Positions 9,281-18,008 of a DNA stretch of 32,000 nt are shown one piece after another. The DNA is from Zymomonas mobilis subsp. mobilis ATCC 10988 (lineage in GTDB: Bacteria; Pseudomonadota; Alphaproteobacteria; Sphingomonadales; Sphingomonadaceae). A model generated the notes under the pieces. The model searched no databases, had not been told where the DNA came from, and saw only the letters and a program-made list of their open reading frames with translations. Made by a program: the position numbers and the translations under genes. Each line of letters begins with the position of its first letter. The stretch's first letter is position 1. The stretch is from assembly GCF_000175255.2 (NCBI RefSeq), contig NC_017262.1:1920001-1952000 (forward strand), written 5' to 3'.

Positions 9281-10342
9281 TTAATTGGCAATTCTGACGG
9301 CATAAATTTGACGTTCTGCCAAAATTTTTCTTAAACTATGCGCGCCCCCCAAATGTCCGGCACCGACCGCCATAAAGACCGTTCCCGGTGTTTTTAGCCT
9401 ATTTTCAATCCAATCCGCCCATCTTCTATTCCGGTTTTCTAAAAGAATGGTCTGTAAATGCGGAATTTGGTTTAAACTCTGGTTCACAATATTGGCGAGG
9501 CGATCTTCATCACCACCGGCCCATGCCTTTATCAACAACCGGATGATAAAAGAGCTTTGCTCGTCTTCTTCAAGGCTGGATTGCAGGAAAGATATCTGAT
9601 CAGCAGAGGATAAATTAGACAGAAAAGAAAGCTGTTGTTTAAAGTCTTCTAATTCACCGATATTTTTGGCTTCGCTTTGCGCCTGCGCAATAAGGACAGG
9701 TTCTACACCCGCCATCGTTTTGATACCGCTTTTTTGATAGTGTAACAGGGTCAAAGTCACTGCGACAAACCAAGGTGAAAAGCGATCCATACTATTTTTT
9801 GCTATATGGAAATGCGCCAACTCTGCCTGAACACGCCGGTTCAAAGCAGGTGGTAGCCTTTTCTCAAGCGGTAAACCTGATTTATCAGTTGCCAATTCTG
9901 AAACAATAGCCTGCACTTGGTCTGCTGGCGGTGCTTTCGTTTCGATAACCAATTCAGAAGACTGTTCAAAAGCATCACGGACATGATTCTTGAACCAGCT
10001 ATATCGTGGATCAAGCATATGAATCGTTCCGAAAAGGTAAATCGTCGTATTATTTTTGTGGATCATCCACAGGGCTGGATGCGCATCCACCACCATAGAA
10101 GATGTGGCCGCCGCTGGCGTATTCTCTGGGATATTATTATTGGCGGGCTCGGGTAATGTTTTCTTTTTTGAAGCGGTAGCGGCCTTTTGGGGTTTTACCG
10201 TTTTTTTACCGGATATTTTAACCGGTGATATTTTTTTGACCCGACTAACCGCCGGTGTTTTTAAAGGGTGAGGATGGGTATGTGCTGAAGAGGCTAACAG
10301 GGCGAATACTATCCCGATACACGATATTACCGGTGCGATCAT
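9281..10342 (-). CDS. TraB/GumN family protein (secreted)
   Basis: N-terminal signal peptide followed by a Lys/Pro-rich linker, then ALWMIHKNNTTIYLFGTIHM and C-terminal FMAVGAGHLGG, typical of the TraB/GumN family. Confidence 0.8.
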   Translation of the reverse strand: MIAPVISCIGIVFALLASSAHTHPHPLKTPAVSRVKKISPVKISGKKTVKPQKAATASKKKTLPEPANNNIPENTPAAATSSMVVDAHPALWMIHKNNTTIYLFGTIHMLDPRYSWFKNHVRDAFEQSSELVIETKAPPADQVQAIVSELATDKSGLPLEKRLPPALNRRVQAELAHFHIAKNSMDRFSPWFVAVTLTLLHYQKSGIKTMAGVEPVLIAQAQSEAKNIGELEDFKQQLSFLSNLSSADQISFLQSSLEEDEQSSFIIRLLIKAWAGGDEDRLANIVNQSLNQIPHLQTILLENRNRRWADWIENRLKTPGTVFMAVGAGHLGGAHSLRKILAERQIYAVRIAN

Positions 10343-10487
10343 ATTATCTTCTCCTGCTATACTCTTTGGATTTACTTCTTGCTTGCACCATCGCCTATGA
10401 CAAGGGGGATGACGATAATATTTGCGATTTTTAGGCTATTCTGCCTGATAAATGGCTGAATGGAAAATGGGGAGGAGCTTGTTTCAC

Positions 10488-10527
10488 TCTGTTTTTCTTT
10501 TGAGAAAGCAAGGAAAAACAGATTTTT
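10488..10527 (+). terminator. Terminator-like hairpin in the glyQ upstream region
   Basis: TCTGTTTTTC (10488-10497) pairs with GAAAAACAGA (10513-10522) and is extendable by 3 more pairs. The loop is 9 nt and is followed by T5 (10523-10527). It lies 146 nt upstream of the glyQ ATG. Confidence 0.5.
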
Positions 10528-10672
10528 AACGGAATAGGCTTCAATTCTGTCCGGTTACTGGTTAGAGCGTAAAAGTTCCGTTTTCTTATCGAAAAGAGGA
10601 ATAACGTGTTCTTTCCGCCGGTATATCCGGCACATATTTGTCCCTGTTACCATGGGTAACATTCGAGGAAAA

Positions 10673-11545
10673 ATGCCAGATAGTCTGTCCTTCCAAGCCC
10701 TCATCCTGAAACTTCATGATTACTGGAGTCAGCAAGGATGCGTCATTTTACAACCTTATGATATGGAAATGGGGGCGGGAACCTTTCATCCGGCCACCAG
10801 CCTGAAAGCTCTTGGGCCCAATCCATGGAAAGCGGCCTATGTTCAGCCTTGCCGCCGTCCTGCCGATGGGCGCTATGGGGAAAACCCGAACCGGCTTTGT
10901 CATTATTATCAGTATCAGGTTATCTTGAAGCCTTCGCCTGATAATATTCAGGCGCTTTATCTAGGTTCACTGGAAGCCATCGGTATTGATCTTAGCCGAC
11001 ATGATATCCGCTTTGTCGAAGATGACTGGGAAAGCCCAACTTTAGGCGCATGGGGTTTAGGCTGGGAAGTCTGGTGCGATGGGATGGAGGTAACGCAGTT
11101 TACCTATTTCCAACAGATCGGTGGATTTGACTGTAAACCGGTTTCCGGCGAAATTACCTACGGCCTTGAACGTCTGGCTATGTATATACAGGGCGTTGAT
11201 AACGTCTATGACCTGCGTTTTAATGATGCAGGTGTTAGCTATGGCGATGTTTTCCTTGAAAATGAACGCCAATTTTCAGCCTATAATTTTGAAGCCGCGA
11301 ATACAGAAACGCTTTTCCGCTGGTTCAAAGAGGCTTCGCAAGAATGTAAAGCCTTGCTTGAACGCGAAAAACCGTTGCCTTTACCGGCCTATGATCAGGC
11401 GATCAAAGCCAGTCATATCTTTAACCTGTTGCAATCACGCGGCATGATTTCTGTAACCGAACGGCAAGCCTATATCGGACGCGTGCGGGAATTGACCAAG
11501 GCTGTTGCGGCGGCATGGATGGCCTATAACGGATGGGAGGCATAA
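10673..11545 (+). CDS. glyQ: Glycine--tRNA ligase alpha subunit
   Basis: [34 protein letters not shown] is near-identical in pattern to E. coli GlyQ. ATG at 10673 is preceded by GAGGA, while ATG at 10652 has no SD. Confidence 0.95.
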   Translation: MPDSLSFQALILKLHDYWSQQGCVILQPYDMEMGAGTFHPATSLKALGPNPWKAAYVQPCRRPADGRYGENPNRLCHYYQYQVILKPSPDNIQALYLGSLEAIGIDLSRHDIRFVEDDWESPTLGAWGLGWEVWCDGMEVTQFTYFQQIGGFDCKPVSGEITYGLERLAMYIQGVDNVYDLRFNDAGVSYGDVFLENERQFSAYNFEAANTETLFRWFKEASQECKALLEREKPLPLPAYDQAIKASHIFNLLQSRGMISVTERQAYIGRVRELTKAVAAAWMAYNGWEA

Positions 11546-11548
11546 CCG

Positions 11549-13597
11549 ATGGCTGATTTTCTGCTTGAGCTCCGTTCCGAAGAAATTCCGGCCGGTCTAC
11601 AAAAAATGGCGGTTGAAAAACTGGCTGAACTTCTTTCTGCAAAATTGAAAGAAGCGGGTATCAACCCGACAAAAATCGAAAAATACGCAACGCCTCGCCG
11701 TATCGCTTTATTGATGCGCGATTTACCGGCAAAGACCGAAGCCGTTCAGGAAGAACGGCGTGGGCCTCGTGCCGACGCGCCTGAAAAAGCCTTGGCTGGT
11801 TTCTTGCGTTCAACCGGTCTTACAAAAGAAGAACTGGAATTACGCGAAACGCCCAAGGGTAATTTCTATTATGCTCATATTGAAAAGCCCGGCCAAACGC
11901 TGATTGCTTTATTGGGTGAGGCGATACCGGCTATTATCAAGACTTTTCCTTGGCCAAAATCGATGCGCTGGGGCAATTTCTCTGCCAGCAGCGAGTCCTT
12001 GCGTTGGGTCAGACCTTTAAAGGGTATTGTTGCCCTTATTGATGAGCAACTTATTCCAATCGAATTGGACGGCATCACTTCAGGTACAGAAACGAAAGGG
12101 CATCCTTTCCATCACCCTGATGTCGTCACTCTTGCCAAAGCTTCGGATTATCCCGAAAAAATGGCCGCTGCACATGTCATGATAGATTTTGATGCGCGGG
12201 TGCAGAAAATTACCGATGAGGCAAGAAAAGCTGCTCAAAAGGCGGGCTTAACCTTGATCGAAGATGCGGCCTTGGCACAAGAAAATGCTGGGCTGACAGA
12301 ATGGCCAGTTCCGCTTTTGGGTCGCTTTGATGAGGCTTATCTGGCTGTGCCAAGAGAAGTCATTCAGCTCACGATGCGGACAAACCAGAAATATTTTGCC
12401 TGCACCGATCGCAACCAAGATTTGGCCGCTGTTTTCATCTGTGTTGCTGATATGGAAGCGCAAGATGGCGGTAAAGAAATCACGCAAGGCAATGAAAAGG
12501 TGCTGTCCGCCCGCCTCGCTGATGCCCGCTTCTTCTGGGAACAGGATTTAAAAATCCCGCTTGAAGATTGGCTCCCAAGACTTGATTCCGTCCTTTTCTA
12601 TGAAGGTATGGGATCAGTTGGCGACAAAGCCAAACGGATCGCTCATCTGTCCGGCTATATCGCCGACCAGATCGGTGCAGACCGGAAACAGGCTGAACGG
12701 GCAGGACTTCTTGCCAAGGCTGATCTTGCTAGTAATATGGTTGGCGAATTCCCTGAATTACAGGGCGTTATGGGTGGCTATTATGCCAAAGCCGGTAATG
12801 AAGCGCCCGATGTCGTCTCCGCTGTCAGCGGCCAATATCAGGCCGAAGCTGGAGCTGGCGTTGCAGCAGCGGTTTCGCTTGCTGATCGTATCGACAGCTT
12901 GGCCTGCTTCTTTGTCCGTAATATCCGGCCTACCGGATCGAAAGATCCTTTTGCTCTCCGGCGTGCTGCGGTTCAAATTATTCAGACCATTATTGCACAT
13001 CAATTGCGGTTGCCCTTAACGCCTTTATTTGAAAAAGCAGGGGCAGGCGATCAGATTGAAAGTTTGTTGGCCTTTATCACCGAACGGTTAAAGGTGCAGC
13101 AGCGTGAAGCCGGTATCCGCTATGATTTAATCGATGCCGTGCTGGCACTGGGTTACGAAGATGATGTTATTCGTCTTCTGGCAAGGGTGCAGGCATTGCA
13201 AAGCTTTATTGAAAGCGAAGACGGAAGTGATCTTCTGGCGGGCTATCGTCGGGCAGTCAATATCCTGAAGGGTAGCGAAGCCTCTGAAAAAGGCGATATC
13301 AGTCAGGAAGATATCGAACAACCTGAACAGGATTTACAAAAGGCTCTTCAGGCGATAGAAGCGCCCCTAGAACAGGCGCTGAAAGCTGAAGATTACGCCG
13401 CCGCGATGACGGCATTGGCAAGCTTACGTCAGCCGATTGACCAGTTTTTTGATAAAGTGATCGTCAATCACGATAAAGCTGGTATCCGCTCACGCCGTTT
13501 GGCGCTCTTAGAACAAATCCGCACAGCTATGCATCAGGTTGCTGATTTTTCAGTTGTTGAAGCTTTAACTATTGAAGCTTCGGGGCGTAAACGCTAA
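11549..13597 (+). CDS. glyS: Glycine--tRNA ligase beta subunit
   Basis: MADFLLELRSEEIPA is a canonical GlyS N-terminus. The start is 3 nt after the glyQ stop. 682 aa. Confidence 0.95.
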   Translation: MADFLLELRSEEIPAGLQKMAVEKLAELLSAKLKEAGINPTKIEKYATPRRIALLMRDLPAKTEAVQEERRGPRADAPEKALAGFLRSTGLTKEELELRETPKGNFYYAHIEKPGQTLIALLGEAIPAIIKTFPWPKSMRWGNFSASSESLRWVRPLKGIVALIDEQLIPIELDGITSGTETKGHPFHHPDVVTLAKASDYPEKMAAAHVMIDFDARVQKITDEARKAAQKAGLTLIEDAALAQENAGLTEWPVPLLGRFDEAYLAVPREVIQLTMRTNQKYFACTDRNQDLAAVFICVADMEAQDGGKEITQGNEKVLSARLADARFFWEQDLKIPLEDWLPRLDSVLFYEGMGSVGDKAKRIAHLSGYIADQIGADRKQAERAGLLAKADLASNMVGEFPELQGVMGGYYAKAGNEAPDVVSAVSGQYQAEAGAGVAAAVSLADRIDSLACFFVRNIRPTGSKDPFALRRAAVQIIQTIIAHQLRLPLTPLFEKAGAGDQIESLLAFITERLKVQQREAGIRYDLIDAVLALGYEDDVIRLLARVQALQSFIESEDGSDLLAGYRRAVNILKGSEASEKGDISQEDIEQPEQDLQKALQAIEAPLEQALKAEDYAAAMTALASLRQPIDQFFDKVIVNHDKAGIRSRRLALLEQIRTAMHQVADFSVVEALTIEASGRKR

Positions 13598-13622
13598 ATA
13601 CAATAGAGCTTACGCATTAAGG

Positions 13623-13657
13623 AAAGACGGTTCAGAATTTTGAACCGTCTTTTTTTA
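13623..13657 (+). terminator. Rho-independent terminator of glyQS
   Basis: 12-bp perfect stem AAAGACGGTTCA/TGAACCGTCTTT with a 6-nt loop and a T-run to 13656. Confidence 0.85.
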
Positions 13658-13902
13658 TGTGTAATAATAGTTGTTCTTTATAACAAAATACCAAATTTAA
13701 AAATAAAATTATTTTTTACAATGAAATAAAAATATTCCCAATTTGGATTATTTGATTCTAAAATTAGATATTATTTTAACGCGATTTATAAAACAGATTA
13801 TCTTTGATATTATTTACTGAAATAGCGTTTTTAATATTGAATTTTGACTATAAATAATATGCATCTTATTTCTCATTTTAATAATTTTATTTCAAAAAAA
13901 TA
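13658..13902. other. Extreme AT-rich intergenic tract
   Basis: Hand count gives 8 G+C in the 60 nt at 13681-13740. It lies between the glyS terminator and the 3' end of the flippase gene. Confidence 0.9.
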
Positions 13903-13978
13903 GGTGCTTCTTGATCCGCTTGTGATCCGAAAATGAAGCATAGCGTATGATTCATGAATCAGAGGGCCAGCCTTAAGA

Positions 13979-15382
13979 CTACCCTTCATCATTTTCACTT
14001 AATCGCGTGAACCATTTAACGACAGGTATGGCGCAAATAATAAGCATCAAAAAAGACGAAATGACACTGGATAATGCCGCTCCATTGATACCGGCCACGC
14101 GCATCATTCCATATAAGAATACAAAATAGCAGCCAATAATTGCGGTTCTAGCTTTAAGAACAAAGGATATCCGTTTCATCACTGTTAAAAGCGGCTCAAT
14201 CGGCACAAGGCAGATATCAAACAAAGCACTACAAACCAGCAAAACTAAAATAGTTTTTTCGCCTGGCCAGCTATAATGCAACATATAGGTAAAAAGACGT
14301 TCTCCAACCAAGACCGTCAGGAAAAACACCAATAGAGAAAAGCCCAAAATAAGACCGAATATCTTTAAGGTAACAAGGCGCATACCATGCCAATCGCCCT
14401 GATCCCGAAAACGAATAAATTCAGGATATAGGGTAGGGATCATCATCTGGGCTGGTTTGGATAAACCGTTACTAATCTGGCGCGCGACCCGATAGACAGC
14501 GGCTTCCCCAGCCCCCAGTGAACTACCAATAGCAAGGGTGCCACCCTGCTGGAAAATGGAGTCTAGGATTTCATTAAAACTGACGCTTAAAGTGAATTTC
14601 CACATCCCTTCAACGGGCGTTTTTCTCTGAAATATTTTTCTTATCGGAAAAGCTCGTTCCGTATATTGGTGAAAGAGATAAATGCCAGCGTAACTACAGG
14701 TGACAAAAAGCGTGAATTGCGTCAGGCACCATATAAACAAAAAATACCCCAAAGGCATATGAAGCCAATAACCAATGCCACAACCTCCGGTTCTGACGCA
14801 GGTCGTAATAAATTCATAAATAGTGACCAGTTTAAAGCGGTTACACAGCCGCAACATCCCGGTTGACCAGCCGATATTCATAAAAAGTATAATCAGCATA
14901 CAAAGCAAGGCATCTGGCTTGACCTCGGCAGGCCATCCCAATCTTGAAGTGCCTAAAATCAAGATACCGCCTAACCCTACCAACATACCTATCGCCGCAC
15001 TAAAAAAATCGGCTCTGATGCAAAAGGCAAGGACATCATCAAATTGGTTAAAATCTTTTTCCTGAAAAGCTTTTGAACCGTAATGCAGCAAGGTTTGCCA
15101 TGACTGAAAACGGGTAATATCCGAAATCAGGGTAGCAAAAGTCGTAATCAAAAGCATGACACCAAACAGGTTCAATCCCAATGTCTGGGATGTCCATGCG
15201 ACATAGACAAAACTGCATACCGCATTCAAAACACGGCCTGTAATCAGAATGCCGGTATTGCCAATAATACGGGAAAAGACAGATCGGGATTTCTGGGGCA
15301 TGATATCCAAACAGGCATCACTGACAGAAAGGCAGTCAAAGGTCAGTCTTGCCTTAATAAAAAGGGTCTTTTGATAGCCCAT
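13979..15382 (-). CDS. MOP/Wzx-type polysaccharide (lipid-linked oligosaccharide) flippase family membrane protein
   Basis: 467-aa ORF with roughly 12 or more hydrophobic spans and an N-terminus (SRIIGNTGILITGRVLNAV) typical of polysaccharide biosynthesis/Wzx proteins. An alternative start is ATG 15301. The family call is from overall architecture, not a search. Confidence 0.7.
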   Translation of the reverse strand: MGYQKTLFIKARLTFDCLSVSDACLDIMPQKSRSVFSRIIGNTGILITGRVLNAVCSFVYVAWTSQTLGLNLFGVMLLITTFATLISDITRFQSWQTLLHYGSKAFQEKDFNQFDDVLAFCIRADFFSAAIGMLVGLGGILILGTSRLGWPAEVKPDALLCMLIILFMNIGWSTGMLRLCNRFKLVTIYEFITTCVRTGGCGIGYWLHMPLGYFLFIWCLTQFTLFVTCSYAGIYLFHQYTERAFPIRKIFQRKTPVEGMWKFTLSVSFNEILDSIFQQGGTLAIGSSLGAGEAAVYRVARQISNGLSKPAQMMIPTLYPEFIRFRDQGDWHGMRLVTLKIFGLILGFSLLVFFLTVLVGERLFTYMLHYSWPGEKTILVLLVCSALFDICLVPIEPLLTVMKRISFVLKARTAIIGCYFVFLYGMMRVAGINGAALSSVISSFLMLIICAIPVVKWFTRLSENDEG

Positions 15383-15479
15383 CTTTTAAAGAAGGCTATT
15401 TCATAAGCAATATCTATATTGTTAATAACGGTATCGCTTATAATAGATCATATTTTCAAAATAGGCTGAAAGCATATTG

Positions 15480-16373
15480 ATGGGTATCAGAAAAGATCTA
15501 TGGAAAATTTTCCTTGTAAAACAGCCTATTACCGAGATTTTGCAGTCTTCTAAAATCCGCGGCGAAATACTCGATATTACCCGCGATCTGAATTTCTATT
15601 GCTTTTCTGCGGATCCCTTTGGCTTCGAAAAAGACAATACTCTTTATGTTTTTTCCGAATATTATGATTACAGGAGCCGTAAAGGGGTCATCGAATGTCA
15701 AAGCTTTAATAAAGAGTTACAGCTTCTTTCTCAAAAAACGGTGCTTTCTGAAGATTGGCACCTATCCTATCCCTATGTTTTTGAAGCCGATAACCAAATC
15801 TATATGCTGCCAGAGGCTTCCCGTAATCATAAACTGACGCTTTATCATGCCATATCTTTTCCTGATCATTGGGAACGGCTCTGCGATATAGATTTGGGGG
15901 GCGATATCGCCATTGATGCTACGCCGGTTTTCCATGATGGCATGTGGTGGTTATTCTATATGTCGGGATATGCCAAAGCCCGTAAGAAGCAAGAACTTCA
16001 TGCCGCCTATGCTCGTGAACTAACCGGAAAATGGACAGTTTACAAAAACAATCCGGTCATTGAAGGGTTTGCCTATAGTCGTCCCGGTGGAAGTGCTGTT
16101 ATCAACAAAGAGGGCAAATTAGTCCTGCCGGTTCAAGATTGTGTAACAACCTATGGCCGTGCTGTCCGCTCTTTATTATTCGATCATTTAAGTCCTGATT
16201 TAATACAATACTCGGTTGGAAAAGCGATCGATATTCCGGCTTCTTTGTCACCCTATACCGAGGGGATGCATACCCTATCTGCTATCGGGGATATGACTCT
16301 TATAGACGCAAAGAAAACCGATCTTTCATTAAAAGGCATCGGGTTACAAATCATAAGAGAATTCAAGAAATAA
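15480..16373 (+). CDS. Soluble protein of unknown function, GINT1 N-terminal-domain-like / GH43-like beta-propeller (tentative)
   Basis: 297 aa from ATG 15480 (TTG at 15477 in the track). Motifs SADPFGF, HLSYPYVFE, IYMLPEAS and GMWWLFY resemble, from memory, the family annotated as glucosamine inositolphosphorylceramide transferase N-terminal domain-like. Coding status is solid; the function is not. Confidence 0.6.
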   Translation: MGIRKDLWKIFLVKQPITEILQSSKIRGEILDITRDLNFYCFSADPFGFEKDNTLYVFSEYYDYRSRKGVIECQSFNKELQLLSQKTVLSEDWHLSYPYVFEADNQIYMLPEASRNHKLTLYHAISFPDHWERLCDIDLGGDIAIDATPVFHDGMWWLFYMSGYAKARKKQELHAAYARELTGKWTVYKNNPVIEGFAYSRPGGSAVINKEGKLVLPVQDCVTTYGRAVRSLLFDHLSPDLIQYSVGKAIDIPASLSPYTEGMHTLSAIGDMTLIDAKKTDLSLKGIGLQIIREFKK

Positions 16374-16374
16374 A

Positions 16375-16405
16375 CCTCATACAGACTATAATTGTCTGTA
16401 TGAGG
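16375..16405. terminator. Bidirectional hairpin between convergent genes
   Basis: 12-bp perfect stem CCTCATACAGAC/GTCTGTATGAGG with a 7-nt loop. There is no clear U-run on either side. Confidence 0.55.
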
Positions 16406-16420
16406 CCTATTCAACAGAAA

Positions 16421-17518
16421 TTAGCGAAAGCGATTAGGGCGATAGCGCGTCGGATCGACCTCTGCCATCCAGTCAGGCAGCTCTTCGCCTAATAACAGGC
16501 AAGCTGCCAACATTGATCCCGCAACCGAGGTCTGAATACCAAAGCCACCCTGTCCGGCACACCAAAAGAAGCCTTCTGCCAATGGATCTGCACCATAGAC
16601 GGGGGCTCGATCAGGTGAAAAACTGCGTAATCCAGCCCAGCAGCGTTCTACCTTTTCAATTTTCCAGTCGGCGGCTTTGCTAAAACGATCAATAGCCAAG
16701 GCGATATCGATTTCTTCCGGCGCGACATCTGCCGGAGCTTGGGCGTGTTCATCATGAGGGGTCAACCAAATACGATTACCGTCTTCCGGCTTGAAATAGA
16801 AACGGGTCAAGGCATCCATGATCAACGGCATTTCTGCCGGTGGGGTAGGGGAAACCTGCAACTGAATCATGGTGCGACGATATGGCGTAATGACAATGGG
16901 CAAAGCCCCTGCCAATGCGGCTACTTCGCTCGCCCATGCACCGGCTGCATTGACAACCCGTTTGGCTTTGAATTCATCGCGTGTTGTTTTGATCTGCCAA
17001 TAACCATCCAGACGTTTAAGGCCTGTCACGCGATTATAGGTTTTTAAATGGGTGCCACTTTTCTGGGCAATGGATAGAAAATGGGCATGCAAAGCACCGA
17101 CATCGATATCTTCACAACTGCCTTCTTTTAAACCTAGATCCCAGCCTTCTTTCAGACGACCACCTGTCGCTTCGATGTCTTTACGATCAAGAGGCGTTAA
17201 AACAACTGACGTATCGGCAAAATTGTCTTGTAGCTGTTTTAAGGCTTCCAGACCGTCTTTATCGGCAACATGAGCGATCCCGCGCGGTGACAAAAATCCA
17301 CCGGCCTTCAATTTCGGGCCCGTTGCGCTGGTAAGCGGCTGAACAGCGGGGCCTCCATAGGTTTCTGACCAAAAGGCGGCCGACCTTCCCGTTGCATGAT
17401 AACCGGGGGCAGATTCTGCCTCCAATAGTAAGATATTGGCCTTATCTCCAAGCATAGCTGCCAAACCAGCGCCGGCAATTCCGCTTCCGATAATGGCGAT
17501 ATCGAAAATTTCTGACAT
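16421..17518 (-). CDS. FAD-dependent oxidoreductase (DAO / glycine-D-amino-acid oxidase family)
   Basis: N-terminal DIAIIGSGIAGAGLA dinucleotide fold, 365 aa. ATG at 17518 is preceded by GGAGAAAAGA. Confidence 0.85.
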   Translation of the reverse strand: MSEIFDIAIIGSGIAGAGLAAMLGDKANILLLEAESAPGYHATGRSAAFWSETYGGPAVQPLTSATGPKLKAGGFLSPRGIAHVADKDGLEALKQLQDNFADTSVVLTPLDRKDIEATGGRLKEGWDLGLKEGSCEDIDVGALHAHFLSIAQKSGTHLKTYNRVTGLKRLDGYWQIKTTRDEFKAKRVVNAAGAWASEVAALAGALPIVITPYRRTMIQLQVSPTPPAEMPLIMDALTRFYFKPEDGNRIWLTPHDEHAQAPADVAPEEIDIALAIDRFSKAADWKIEKVERCWAGLRSFSPDRAPVYGADPLAEGFFWCAGQGGFGIQTSVAGSMLAACLLLGEELPDWMAEVDPTRYRPNRFR

Positions 17519-17728
17519 TCTTTTCTCCATCTCGACCATTCGGACGGGATATGTGACCCCAGCCTGATCTTAAAAAATCGGCTGTCGATCTCATATCTCG
17601 ACAAACAAGGGTTTCATTGCCATCTTGGAGTAAAAATAGGAAGGAAAGTTATTATTCTCGAATAGCTGTTCACTTAAAAAACAGCCTTTGACGATTAGAA
17701 TGATTCTGAGTCCAATCGCTTGTTGCGA

Positions 17729-17880
17729 TAAGAAATTTTCAAAAATAAGCGATAAAATAGATTAAAAATTCAAAAAATATACAAAATTTTTATTTAAATT
17801 TTAAATTCTATCTTGGAAATATTAAAAAATTATTAAAAATAACAGAAATATCCAATATTTTATAAATTGTGCTATATTTA
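17729..17880. other. Extreme AT-rich intergenic tract upstream of OMP-like gene
   Basis: Hand count gives 6 G+C in the 60 nt at 17761-17820. It ends in TGcTATATT (17870-17878), an extended -10-like string. Confidence 0.9.
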
Positions 17881-18008
17881 CAGTGCAGTTGAGCCACAGT
17901 TTGATGTTTTTCTATAAAAGTAAAGTGAGAATCCCCTTATAAATATAGAAAATATATCAATCTTTAGTTAGAAAGTTTTCATTCGGATAAGGGGATAAAA
18001 ATCAGACA

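Noticed and set aside
10343-10672. A T-box or other known riboswitch upstream of glyQS.
   Set aside because: I could not find a specifier-loop/T-box (AGGGTGGNACCGCG-like) motif or any riboswitch core I recognise. Only the generic hairpins reported as a finding are present.
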